From Chrysomallon squamiferum (lineage: Eukaryota; Animalia; Mollusca), in NCBI GenBank assembly GCA_012295275.1, contig CM022675.1:14198001-14262000 (forward strand): DNA of 64,000 nucleotides. The letters are read 5' to 3'. The notes beneath the pieces were generated by a model. That model saw only the letters and a list, made by a program, of their open reading frames with translations. It searched no databases and was not told the origin of the DNA. Shown here piece by piece: positions 34,501 to 46,000 of the stretch (position 1 is its first letter; each line of letters opens with the position of its first letter). The position numbers were made by a program, and so were the translations under genes.

Positions 34501-35513
34501 AGACAAAACATTCTCATTAATGATTCGATTTCAAACATAAAAACTGTTACAAACATTTCTACCCAATGTTTTGTTAATTTTAATGCAATAATATATATAT
34601 ATATAAAAAAGCAGTATATATTGATAGGGTTTTGTTTTTTGTTTGTTTTTTTCCTTAATGAATTATTATTAATACTATTAAAGTAAATGAATAAAGAATT
34701 GGAAATCATTTAGATTTTTATTTTTTTCCTTAATGAATTATTATTACTACTATTGTGGTAAATGTTTAAAGAAAAAGCACAAATTGCTAATACAAAGAAA
34801 TAATTATAATTGCCTGTTCACAAATTCATTTCATTTATCAACAACAACAGCAACAATAAAACAATAATTTTTTCCCTTGAAGTTATTATTATTTTGTTCT
34901 CTTTCTTTATGTATGTATCCGTCTTTGTGATATAAAACAAATTCACCCGTAACAAGCATTAAATGTCATATAACGCATGCATACCACTGGCATTCTACCG
35001 AATTTACGAAGCATGTTTTGTTCTTAACCGAGTGCAGTCACATACACTTACAATGCTTTATACATGCAGCTACTTTTAAGAAAAACATACTTCATAATTT
35101 CGGCCCGTTAAATTTTGCACAGCACGTATAAACGTACCAATAACCGGGGTCAAAACGGACAGTGGCCATTTGGTCATTTCACTTTCGGACAGGTCATATT
35201 TGGTCAGATCAGCATAGCTTGATGCGTCAGACTTGAGGGAAACCACGGAAGAAAAACCACTGTCGGGGGTGGGCGGGACTCCTTTCCCAGGCTCAAGACA
35301 GCAACGCGCATTCCTCGTGGCCTGACCACGTGTTCCCTGATCAAGTAGGATTATATGTTCATTTCATTTTTTTCTACGATTATATTTTTACAAAATTAAG
35401 AAATGAATAAAAATGAAAATAAAATTGGTACTTACATTTTCACAATCTTGGCCATCCAAAACAGCGACTGATTTTTCGTCAAGATTCTCCAAAATTTCAG
35501 ACAAGACTGTCAT
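28542..35513 (-). CDS. SLC34A: SLC34 family type II sodium-dependent phosphate cotransporter (NaPi-II)
   Basis: Confident exons: 33887-33714, 32691-32560, 31971-31780, 31223-31105, 30759-30691, 30310-30136, 29803-28542. Motifs: [64 protein letters not shown]. The 5' exons 35513-35436, 34265-34219 and 34005-33998 are tentative. Confidence 0.92.
32124..32480 (+). mobile_element. Decayed tRNA-derived SINE with an internal ~131-bp tandem duplication
   Basis: A-box-like GTAGCTCTACAGTAGAG. The unit TTAGCCCAAGG..CCATTTGGTT..CCTGTTCCAAACCATACCC..ATCAAAAGCC occurs at 32144 and 32275. Confidence 0.55.
34998..35103. mobile_element. Short MITE / inverted repeat in SLC34A intron 1
   Basis: CCGAATTTACGAAGCATGTTTTGTTCTTAA versus TTAAGAAAAACATACTTCATAATTTCGG: ~29-bp imperfect inverted arms. 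Confidence 0.6.
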
Positions 35514-36360
35514 ATTGGATTACAAGTCTGTGAACCTTTACCGGTTCTCCGATTTAAACGTGCCGACTGCGCATTAGCAGACCTTATTATAATAATAAAA
35601 TTGCTCATGAGATTCACTCATGTTTCCCATGTCATACACTGTCGGTTATTGTTGTTATATTTTGATTGGTTAATGTTAAAACTATCCACCAATCAATATA
35701 ATAGAACCGGTAGATTCCAGTCTTATGATTTTTTGATTGGTTGTGTATGATGAAAAGAGCCGGCTACTACGTAATACTCATTCATTATTATGAGTTGTAT
35801 CTGGTTCTAACGGGATTGTAGTGGCATTACATTTCCTGTTTATGTAATCATATGTTTAATAAAGGAACAGATAATAGTAATAAACCACTAAATCGTTCAT
35901 GAATTATGTACGTCATTTATTTCTTTAATATTCTTTAATTTTAATTTTCTGTAAACAAGAATTTAAATTATTTAATTATTTATTGAACATATTTTAAGGA
36001 TTTATTATATTTATTTATACAAATAAAGAATACATTATTTTTTCATTAATTTAGTTTAATTTTCATTATAAAGTACGATTTTTAATCTTCTTGTAAAACG
36101 TAATTAAATATAACAGATGGAAGATTTACATCTTTTCTTTGCTAAATTAAAAGTAGTATTTACTTATATTAGTATTAACGCACTTAACTAAGCGGACTGT
36201 TACAAAGTAGTTCTTTCTATCAGAAGGGTGCTGGTGTGTAGAGTGGTAGTAAGAATATAGATAAATACATACATACATACATACATACACATGCCTAGAT
36301 ATTCATACATATATATTATTAGAAAACCCGCTTCAGTGACCGTGCGTACTTCAACTGATA

Positions 36361-36396
<36 letters not shown>

Positions 36397-37053
36397 TAAA
36401 ACGTATAGACACATTTTTTTTCTTTATATATATATAACGCTATATTATTTTTAGAACTGAAATGATGTCAACAAACACCTGAGTATTTTCATTTTATTTT
36501 ATTTAAACTCACATTCATCTAAATGAATGACTGAAATTGTTAAATATTTGTTTATTTATTCATTTATTTTCAAAAACTGGCTGTTTTTTTTTTCTTTCTT
36601 TTTATTTTTTATTTTTTTATTTTTATTATTATTATTATTATTATTTTTGTATTATTATTTATTTTTTTAATTTTTATTTATTTTTTTTTATTTTTATTTT
36701 TATTTTTTTGAAAACCATACTTTAATATATTATATTAAATTTAAGCAAATCATAAAGACTTAAAGTATGGCATTTTTCGTAAAAAAATAAAAATTCAGTT
36801 AAATTACTTAATTAGATTCTCTTTCTTTATAATATATATTGAGATCTTAATAAACTATAAATAACAATAATAATAAGCATGTGTATGAAATGTTTGTCTT
36901 AAGATGCTGTTACACTTACAGTGTACACTATTAGGCAACTTAATAGTACAAATTTATAGTCAAAATAATGTAGCTAAAATACCAAATAAATGTGACAAAA
37001 AATAGCTTATATTTTTTATAGTATTTTAGTGTGTGGGTGTGGGTGTGTGTGTG

Positions 37054-37055
<2 letters not shown>

Positions 37056-37136
<81 letters not shown>
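37056..37136. repeat. (GA)n microsatellite
   Basis: About 40 perfect GA units. Similar tracts lie at 38792-38853, 41909-41950 and (CT)n 51168-51245. Confidence 0.98.
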
Positions 37137-37139
<3 letters not shown>

Positions 37140-37192
37140 TTAGCATATCTATATATAAGATAAACATCTAAATATCAAATATTTAAATTGTG

Positions 37193-37264
37193 GCGTCGGT
37201 GGTGTAACGGTTAGCATGGTTGCCTTCCAAGCAGTCGATCCGGGTTCGACTCCCGGCCGACGCA
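37193..37264 (+). tRNA. tRNA-Gly (anticodon TCC)
   Basis: GCGTCGGTGGTGTAACGGTTAGCATGGTTGCCTTCCAAGCAGTCGATCCGGGTTCGACTCCCGGCCGACGCA. Acceptor stem GCGTCGG/CCGACGC, intact A and B boxes, anticodon loop CTTCCAA, TTTT terminator at about 37279. Confidence 0.97.
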
Positions 37265-37471
37265 TGAATGAAGTGTTCTTTTGCTTTAGGAGGGGAAAAA
37301 AAAATATATTAACCAAATATTTATTATTATTATATTTATATATATAAATTTCAGTTCTGTCATAACAGACTTCCCATTTATTTTAATTAAATAGTTATTA
37401 ATACATTATTGAATTTTTTTTTTTATCATTTATGTGGAAAATATATGAAACTATTAAACAAACAAACAAAC

Positions 37472-37529
<58 letters not shown>

Positions 37530-38790
37530 TACATTTATCTTTGAAATATAATAACAAATACTAGTATTAAAGTTTATGCTTCGTCTGCCAACTTACGTGC
37601 ATTGTATTCTTAGCTGTGTATTTTCGTTTCCACGCTACAGATGTTGGTAACAGACTCATCAACACCAGAAAATGTGTGTCTGCTTCCCTTGAGGCGAAGT
37701 AAGTTGAGAGACTGGTACGTGACAAGATGATAGTCTGCTTCAAACATGGCAGATGTAACCGCCCTGAAAAAAAGAGAGAAAAGAAAGCAGACGACATCGC
37801 CACCGTGAAAAAGTTCTTTTCATTTTGAAACAGTCTGTTCTTGGGTTCTTGGATTTTTCTCTTTAAACATTAATTCTCTTTTCTTTTCTTTTCTCATTTA
37901 TTTTATTTGTGCATTTTTAATAGTAAATAAATAAAAAGTTAGACAGAAAATCAAACACATAAATAAAATGTGAGGGAGTAAGCAAAATGGGTGAAAAGAA
38001 ATGGACTGAGAAAAGCTAAATAGAGACAGATGTGGGAAGAAAGACACCATAAAGTAATTTAGCAACAAATCAGTTGTTTGCATTTTAGCTGGAAACATTA
38101 ACAACAGCAATCGCAGTAGAATTAAAAACAGTAACAAAAATAATAATCTCATAATCATCTTCATCATCATTTTATTTTCTTATGTATGTATTGTGCATTA
38201 TTAGTAACGTCTAACGATTACATTTCTGGACTATTAACTAAAATTAATGACTATTACAAAAGGAGGAAAGTAATTGTGACGTGATTAGATCTGTCATGTA
38301 ACTTTTACATACTACGTGAAGTAGTTGATGTCATTGCATAGTCAAGTTACTGCATGCCCATTTACTATTTTCTGGTCATGTTTCTTGGTATACCTAAATG
38401 CACTTTCGAAAATAATAACAAAAACCACTCCTAAGATAGCTCTTTTCAATTTTAATAGATTTTGTATTTCTCCTAATGCTATTACGAACGGGAAATTCCG
38501 CAAATAAAGTGGGAAGGTCTTTCTGTTACAATTGTTGTTTTTTTTTTGTTTTTTTTTTTGATATGCACTATTGCTAGTATCAAGTGAAATTATTTTAGAA
38601 AATTAAAATATGTTTTTAATGCTTATGTGCATGCGTAAACTACGCAGATAAAATTTAATTTTAGTTTAACATTGTATTGGTGCGTTCTAGAAAAGTGAAT
38701 ACTAACGTATCAGTACGTATATGTTTGCATGTGTAAGTATATCAACATTTATTATATTTTATGTTATAAGTTAAGTATACAAAACAATTT

Positions 38791-38856
<66 letters not shown>

Positions 38857-39272
38857 AATCAAATGTGTGTGAGAGAGAGAACTTTTGTCATTAACAGGGA
38901 TCCCATTTCGCTGTCATTCAAAAAATTTTGTTTAGACAATGTGAGTGACAGAAGACACAGTTTGGTTATGTCGTCTGCATGGGACAACTACGAAAGCGGG
39001 TGTATTCTGACGTCTGCTGTAGACGCGTTATTGTCTGCGTGTCTCCTGACCTTGAATTAACTCTTCCCGCCTGAAAGAGTGCACTTCCACGTTGTAACGA
39101 GATCGAATCCTGATACAAAGACGAAACAAGAAGTTTTGTTATTGTTTAACCAAGAAAGATGACATATTGATGTTAAAAAAAATTAAGATAGTTTCACTTC
39201 CCTTTTTTTTTTTTTTTAACTTGAAGAAAAGGGAAGTATTCATAAGTTTCTTCTTAATATTTTACACTATTC

Positions 39273-39308
<36 letters not shown>

Positions 39309-40236
39309 AATATCATTCCTGATATTCTTAGTGTTCTTACAATAATATTAAATTTGATTAATGTTTTGTTTTGTTAGTAATGATGCACTGAAACAAATGT
39401 AATCAAATACTACGCAAATGTGAAAACACACTGCTACTATACAACGGATATTTCGTTTAGCATTGACATATTTAGTAATCCACCTTAGAAGGGTAACACA
39501 AATTTATCATGAGACTAATCATGTCTCTTACCTACACTTGAAATGTTAATGAGTCTGCTTTTTAGTGCGTCTTGGAATATTATAAGTATTAATTTGAGCA
39601 CATTTAATAATACTATCTTACAAACCGAAAAACCAAGTCTTGTAATAAATATGACAGATTCTGTACTATTTGTGTGTTTACAAGTAAAAAAAAAAATGTT
39701 AACTTTAAAATATGTAAAAACAGGCTGTGTGATGTTTTGTTTTGTAGATATGTATTGTGTTTTACACAACAAATAGAAAACCAAAACTTAATTTATAAGC
39801 AGTATAATGTTAAAATGAGTTTGGTGACATTTGTGATCACAGTAACTTGAAGGGAGTGGAGATTCCTTTAAATAGTGGTAGATCAGACTTTCCTGTTTTG
39901 TAACAATTTTATTTTCTATTTATGTACATAATACTAATAATAATAATAAAAAATAATTTTGTTTTTTAATATTTTAGTTAACAACATTAACAACACCCCC
40001 ACAAAAAAACCCCAAAACCCCACAGAAACAAACAAATTGACTATTAGAACAATTTCACATTCTCACAACACTGGTTATTATTTTCGTGGAGATATTTTAT
40101 TCACATATATTGTCTTTATTAATGTCACATCAGTGCAAACCAATTTTGCTAATATTAACTACACTAAGATATATTTAACTTAAAGTTTGTTAACATCACA
40201 TGTTTCTATAATTACTATCTGTTTTTATTAACATTT

Positions 40237-41905
40237 TTATTTGCTGGCATCTGGTAGCTTTGGTAGTTTCAGACCAACCAGATTAGCACTGGTTTCCAAA
40301 TCCCGTTCTCCTCTCCCTTTGTATAAATCATTTACTTCCTGTAATCAAACATAAAATTAAACATCAATATTGAATGAAACCTTAGGAATTTTAATTAACA
40401 GAAGTCATTCTGACATTAAGCATACAAATTTGTAAAAAAATATATAAAATTGGTTAAGTAATATTTTTTCATATGTGTAATATAATTATAATACTTTTCT
40501 GAGCATACTGGATGATGCCAATCCATAATTCTAAGATTAATCTTATTACTAAAATTAACAATCAAAATGAAATATTATAAAAATATAAATGGTAAAAAAA
40601 ATATCTTTGAACTATTATTAATTTTAGATGTCACTGAAACAGAGCATTTGAATTTTATGTAAACATAGTCATTGATTCAGATTATCCTCACAGATCTCCA
40701 CTCACTTGTATTTAAGGGTTGAGATATATCTGTTTTGTCAGTGAAATATTTCTGCCTTCATCATTTCATGTAATATGTGTAAAAGCAATACTACAACCAT
40801 TGAAATATCATAGACAGAAAAATATAATTCACATAGACTATTTTTGTCAGATATCCTGCAATCTTTCACATACATGTTGGAGTACTGACTGGAACAGGAA
40901 ATAGTTTTATAAGCCTAGTGAAACTAATTAACCTTTAGGTCACATTATATACTAGTGAATTAAAGGATCTGCACTTTCATTATTAAAACAGTATTTGTTA
41001 TTTTATTCTCAGTTGCATAATGGTACTGACAGAGGAAATGCAAGGTCATTATGCTTTCTCTGCTCTAATTTACACACTAATGTACTAACATTGTCTTAAT
41101 TTTAGCCTCACTATACCACTGAATGACTGTTCTCCAATGTGCTCTTATTAAACAGTATGCTGTTAATTTATATTCAAGTGAATAATGATACCAAGTTAGG
41201 AGATGTAAGAAAACGTTCTCTTCTATTAATACTCTAATGTTCTAACATTGTCTTAGGTAAACATGATTAAACCTTTGACTGCATTATATCACTAAATTAC
41301 AGCTCTCTGATCTATCATTATTAAAATAATATTTGTTAATTTACTCTCTATGGTACTAGCAAGAGAGACACAAGGCCAGTATACTTTCTGTTCCAAATAA
41401 CACTCTAATAAACTAAAACTGTCTTGGACTGATAATTAAGGCTTCAGCCTTTTATTTCCAAGATAGATATGCTTGAATTTTCAAATGATAAACTTACATC
41501 AAACTTTCTCTGACTCTGTAAAAGTGTCAGGTATGTTTCTCCCATGTGATGCATCTCCTTCTTGCCACGACATAGTTTCTCACTTGTTACTTTATAATTT
41601 CTGAACTGATCCTTGATGTATTGATAGGATGGGGCATCCTGAAACATAGTAACAACAGTGAATAGTGATAAAGATGCTGAACGTAAATACATGAGCGTAT
41701 CCAAATGATAATTGGAGTGAAAAAATTTACTGTCACTATTCTATGGTTCACATTTATCAGTCAAGTGATCTTTTAATTTGTTTATATAAACTCTTAATAT
41801 CTGAAGTACATAGACATACCAGTTTTTGATACATCAGTCAATGAATATATGAAAATATAATTAACTATATATTACGCAAAAGTTTCTTTTGAAATTTGGA
41901 AACTT

Positions 41906-41956
<51 letters not shown>

Positions 41957-42273
41957 TTAAAATGCTTATCGTTATACCGAATGCTATAGCTACAGACACA
42001 CGCAAATCAAAAGACATAAATTTTTCGGCATTATTTATCACACAATTAGCAACAACAGTAAAAAAAAAAAAAAAAAAAAATAATAATAATAATAAATAAA
42101 AAAAAATAAAATAAAATAAAATAAAATAAAATAAAATAAAATAAAATAATAATAATATAATAATAACACCCAGATACTTTAGATGAACAAAAAACAAAAT
42201 GATTGTAAATTACTTTTGTATAAATGAAACGCAATTCTTTAAGCAATCGTCTGTACAAACTTGCATTTGACAT
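40237..42273 (-). CDS. FMC1: Formation of mitochondrial complex V assembly factor 1 (C7orf55, LYR-like), 3 exons
   Basis: Exons 42273-42214, 41638-41498, 40338-40237. Translation: MSNASLYRRLLKELRFIYTK|DAPSYQYIKDQFRNYKVTSEKLCR..ETYLTLLQSQRKFD|EVNDLYKGRGERDLETSANLVGLKLP. VTSEKLCR and GxGER...A.LVGLKLP are FMC1 hallmarks. Confidence 0.92.
40925..41430. repeat. Old, diverged tandem triplication (~160-170 bp unit) in FMC1 intron 2
   Basis: Collinear landmarks TTATTAAA(A)CAGTAT-like at about 40980, 41146 and 41318, and CTAATG.CTAACATTGTCTT-like at 41077, 41234 and 41405. Confidence 0.75.
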
Positions 42274-42588
42274 TACGACTGCATTAAGCCCTTGGTAAAT
42301 TTTAAATATTCTTCTTCCTGTTCATGCCGGAAAATCACACACATAATTAATTACTACACTAAAAAACATTAAATAGAAGCAACATTTTCTCTTTTTCTTT
42401 TTTCAAACAAACATGATTTTATTCTAAATTATAATTATCAGAAACTATTTGTAGCTAATACATTTTAAAAATGATTCGTTTCCATTTTCAATTTAAAAAT
42501 ACTCATTTTATATTAACCGTATAAACAAAATGTCAGCCTCCAATGACAGGTGCCCATTAGATATTTAACCCAAGGCAGTTGGCATATA
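42274..42588. promoter_or_regulatory. Bidirectional promoter shared by FMC1 and IGBP1
   Basis: The divergent ATGs at 42273 and 42589 are 315 bp apart, with paired ETS-like cores CTTCCTG and CCGGAA at about 42314-42332. Confidence 0.65.
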
Positions 42589-43047
42589 ATGGCAGAATAC
42601 AGTGGGGACGGGCTCAGGTTGGGCGAACTTTTTAATAATATTTGGGATCTTTATCAGTTTATAGAAAACTGCGAGGTACCGTTAGCTTCAGATCAAGTGC
42701 AGGTAAGGTTTCCTCTTGAAATTGCTACTGTAAAACCAAAACTGAGTAAAACTAAAAGTGTAATGTTAAAAATATTCTTAATAATTAATTACTAAATTAG
42801 TTAGTAAGAAAGATTCTGATGAAATATATTAATTGATACTGGTTATCATCATAACTGTAATCATCATCATTCTCCACTGACACTAATGCTAGTAATAAGG
42901 GTAATATTTTTATATATAAATTTTCATTATACAGTTTATTTTTTAAAATATTTGACATAAATAACAAACATTGTATTAATAGTAATTTAGTAGTAACAGA
43001 ATGTATTATTAGTACAAAAATGTTGAAGAAGTAATCCTTAAAATAAC

Positions 43048-43090
<43 letters not shown>

Positions 43091-46000
43091 TTCAAGTTTG
43101 CTTCAACTACCATTAACACTATTACTACTACTGCTGCTATTATTTATTTATTTATTTCTGTTTTGTGAATATCATATTTACAATCATTTCAGAGCAATAC
43201 ATTTACTTTTGTTTGAATTATTAATTTACATATATCTATTTTTATTTTTTTTATTATTACAAAAGGATAAAATCAGAGATGCAATTCAGAAGGTGGAAAG
43301 AGCCATTAAGATGGTGAATGACCTTGAACTATTCAGTCGCAATGAAGATTTTGAAGAAGTATCCTCTAATGAGATAAAGTAACTGCATAATTACATTTTA
43401 ATTACATAAATATAAATTGTTTTTTATGCTTATGTATTTAATTTTATTATATTTTCTGCAATCTGTAAGTTAAATCTGATCTGAAAAACACCACAGTTTA
43501 ATAGCACATATTCTGAGATGTATAATGATACCAAACTTCTAACCTCTTTGCTGTTGTTTCATTTATTAGAAGTAGATTCATTACAAAGACTTCAGAGGTG
43601 ATTTTATGGTATTATTTTGATTTTGATTTTGTTTCTTTTAAGCAATCATTTTGTAAGCACCACAACTAAAAATGTAAAACTTTGTTAGCATTAAATAGTT
43701 TTAGAATACATATAATTCATAAAATCTGTTTCAGGTATATGCTTTTATCAGCTCTTCTTGGTTATTTTACGAACCAAAACACAAAAGCTGAACGAGTAAA
43801 TATAGTCAGCAAAGTTAAGGTTTGTATTTTTTATTATTTATTTTAATTTTTTTAATTTTACATTAGACACAAACAAACAGATATATGCATACACAAATAA
43901 ACTCACAAATACAAACACAAATAAACATTATTTTGTATATGCTTACAATTTTCTTCATAATATAGTAATTAAAATAATAAATATCCTGTCTTAAATTAAT
44001 TGGGTTAGCTGTATCTTTAGTTGATTGTTTAAATTTATTTTTGTAAGGATCTTTTTTTTTTCTTTTTTCTTTTTTAGCAATTTTATCTTGATTACTTGAA
44101 CCTGATAAAAGATTACAAGGTAGTTGAGGTAAATATTCCAGAATCCAGTGAAAGTAATGGAGAAGTTGTTTCATCAGGTCCACCATCAGGGTAAGTCGTG
44201 AAATTACAGTTTTAAAAATATTTTGTTTTGTTTTGTGATAATTCTGTAACTACTGTGTCATCAATTTATGCCTAGCAGCATAAAATAAATGACTTTTAAT
44301 CTGTTAGGTGAAATTATTAACTGAAAATGTGAGTAAACCTGTTGTAATTTTACAACAGTTAATAAGACTAATCAATTAATAAGAAATTGGAATGTCAATC
44401 ATTATCTCTTGGCAGGCATAATAAAGATTGGGTATTAGAGAAGTTAGATATGGAAATCAGAAGGTATTTAATATTCATTTATCAATATAAATGAATTTGT
44501 GCATTAAATATTTTTAGATGAATTTTAAACTAAATTCTCACCAATATTTTTTCAGTGAAAATATAAATTTTATGAAATTTTGTTTTTTTCCTTGTATTTC
44601 AGAGCAATGAATTTGTTCAAAATGGCTGGAGACAGGCAAGCTAAGATAGAACAGTACAAACGAAAGAAAGAATTAGAGAAAAGAATGAATGAACTGCGAG
44701 AGCAAGTTGAGAAAGAACAGGTGGATGAAGATGTCAAGGTAAAACAGTAGGTCAAATAAAATGTTAAAAATAGATTAAATTGTTAAAAATGGAATAAATA
44801 AAATGTTAAAAATGGATTAAATAAATTGTTAAAAAAAGAGTAAATAAAATGTCAAAAATAGATTCCCTTCTTATCTGTAGATTAGTTAATCTGAAATGGT
44901 GATTAAAACACGTCATTAACATTGTTAACAATTAATGGGCTTTTTTGATAATACAAGAATGTTTAACAAAAATTATATTATGTGTCCATTATGATGTATA
45001 AATACATAGCAAAATACTGCCTTACTTTAAAATCATAAAATATATTGTACAAAATATATTTATATGTATCTTTTAAAAATGTGTATTATTTCGTGTATAG
45101 ATATTATTCATTGAATCATATTCTTAAATCACATATTTATTCATTGAAATTAACATTATAGATATATTGCAATTAATTGTTAAAATATCAATATTTTATT
45201 TATCCATACACATATAAAGTTTAATAGTTAGTATTCTTTTTTTCAACAGAGAGAATACTATACACTGTTGCTGAAGAAATGGGTTGATATTGCCTTAGAA
45301 GAAATAGACGCAGTCAACTGTAAGTAAATTTCAAATTAAAATTATTTCATGCTTCTTGCTATTTATACATTTATTCAAATATACTGATGCAACCAGGTAT
45401 TTGTCAATGCCAGTATCACTTCTGTCTGTTGTATTTATTTAGTTGACACTCATAGATTTTTAATTTAATTGTTATTTAATTACAAGTTGATAATTGCAAA
45501 ATTCCTTATGATAGCCTGCATCTACCCTGTACAGATTATTGTAATAATAGTACGTGCTTTATATTTCTTTCTAAGACAATAATTTTAATAGTTTAATATT
45601 AAAATTAAAAAACCTAAAATTTGTCATTATCAGCATGAAATTTTTAAACAAGATACCAATCATAAATTAAAAAATAATGGGTTTTTTTTGTTGTTTTTTG
45701 TTATTGTTTGCATATGGTATTTAGTTGTTTTTTGTTATTGTTTGCATATGGTATTTAGTTCTCATTCTCGTGTATTTTCTTTATTATTATTCTTTTTTTT
45801 TTTTTTTTTAATAAAAGAAAGAAGGTTAATTGTTCTTTATTTTTCAGATGAAATTCCAATTTTGGAACACAGAAAAAAACTGAAGCAAGAAAGCAAAGAC
45901 AAATCAACAGAAAACAAACCTGAGCAAGCATATACTAAAAAACAGGTTTGAACTGTAAAAAACTTCATTTATGAAGAACACTAGTAATAATTTTGGTGAA

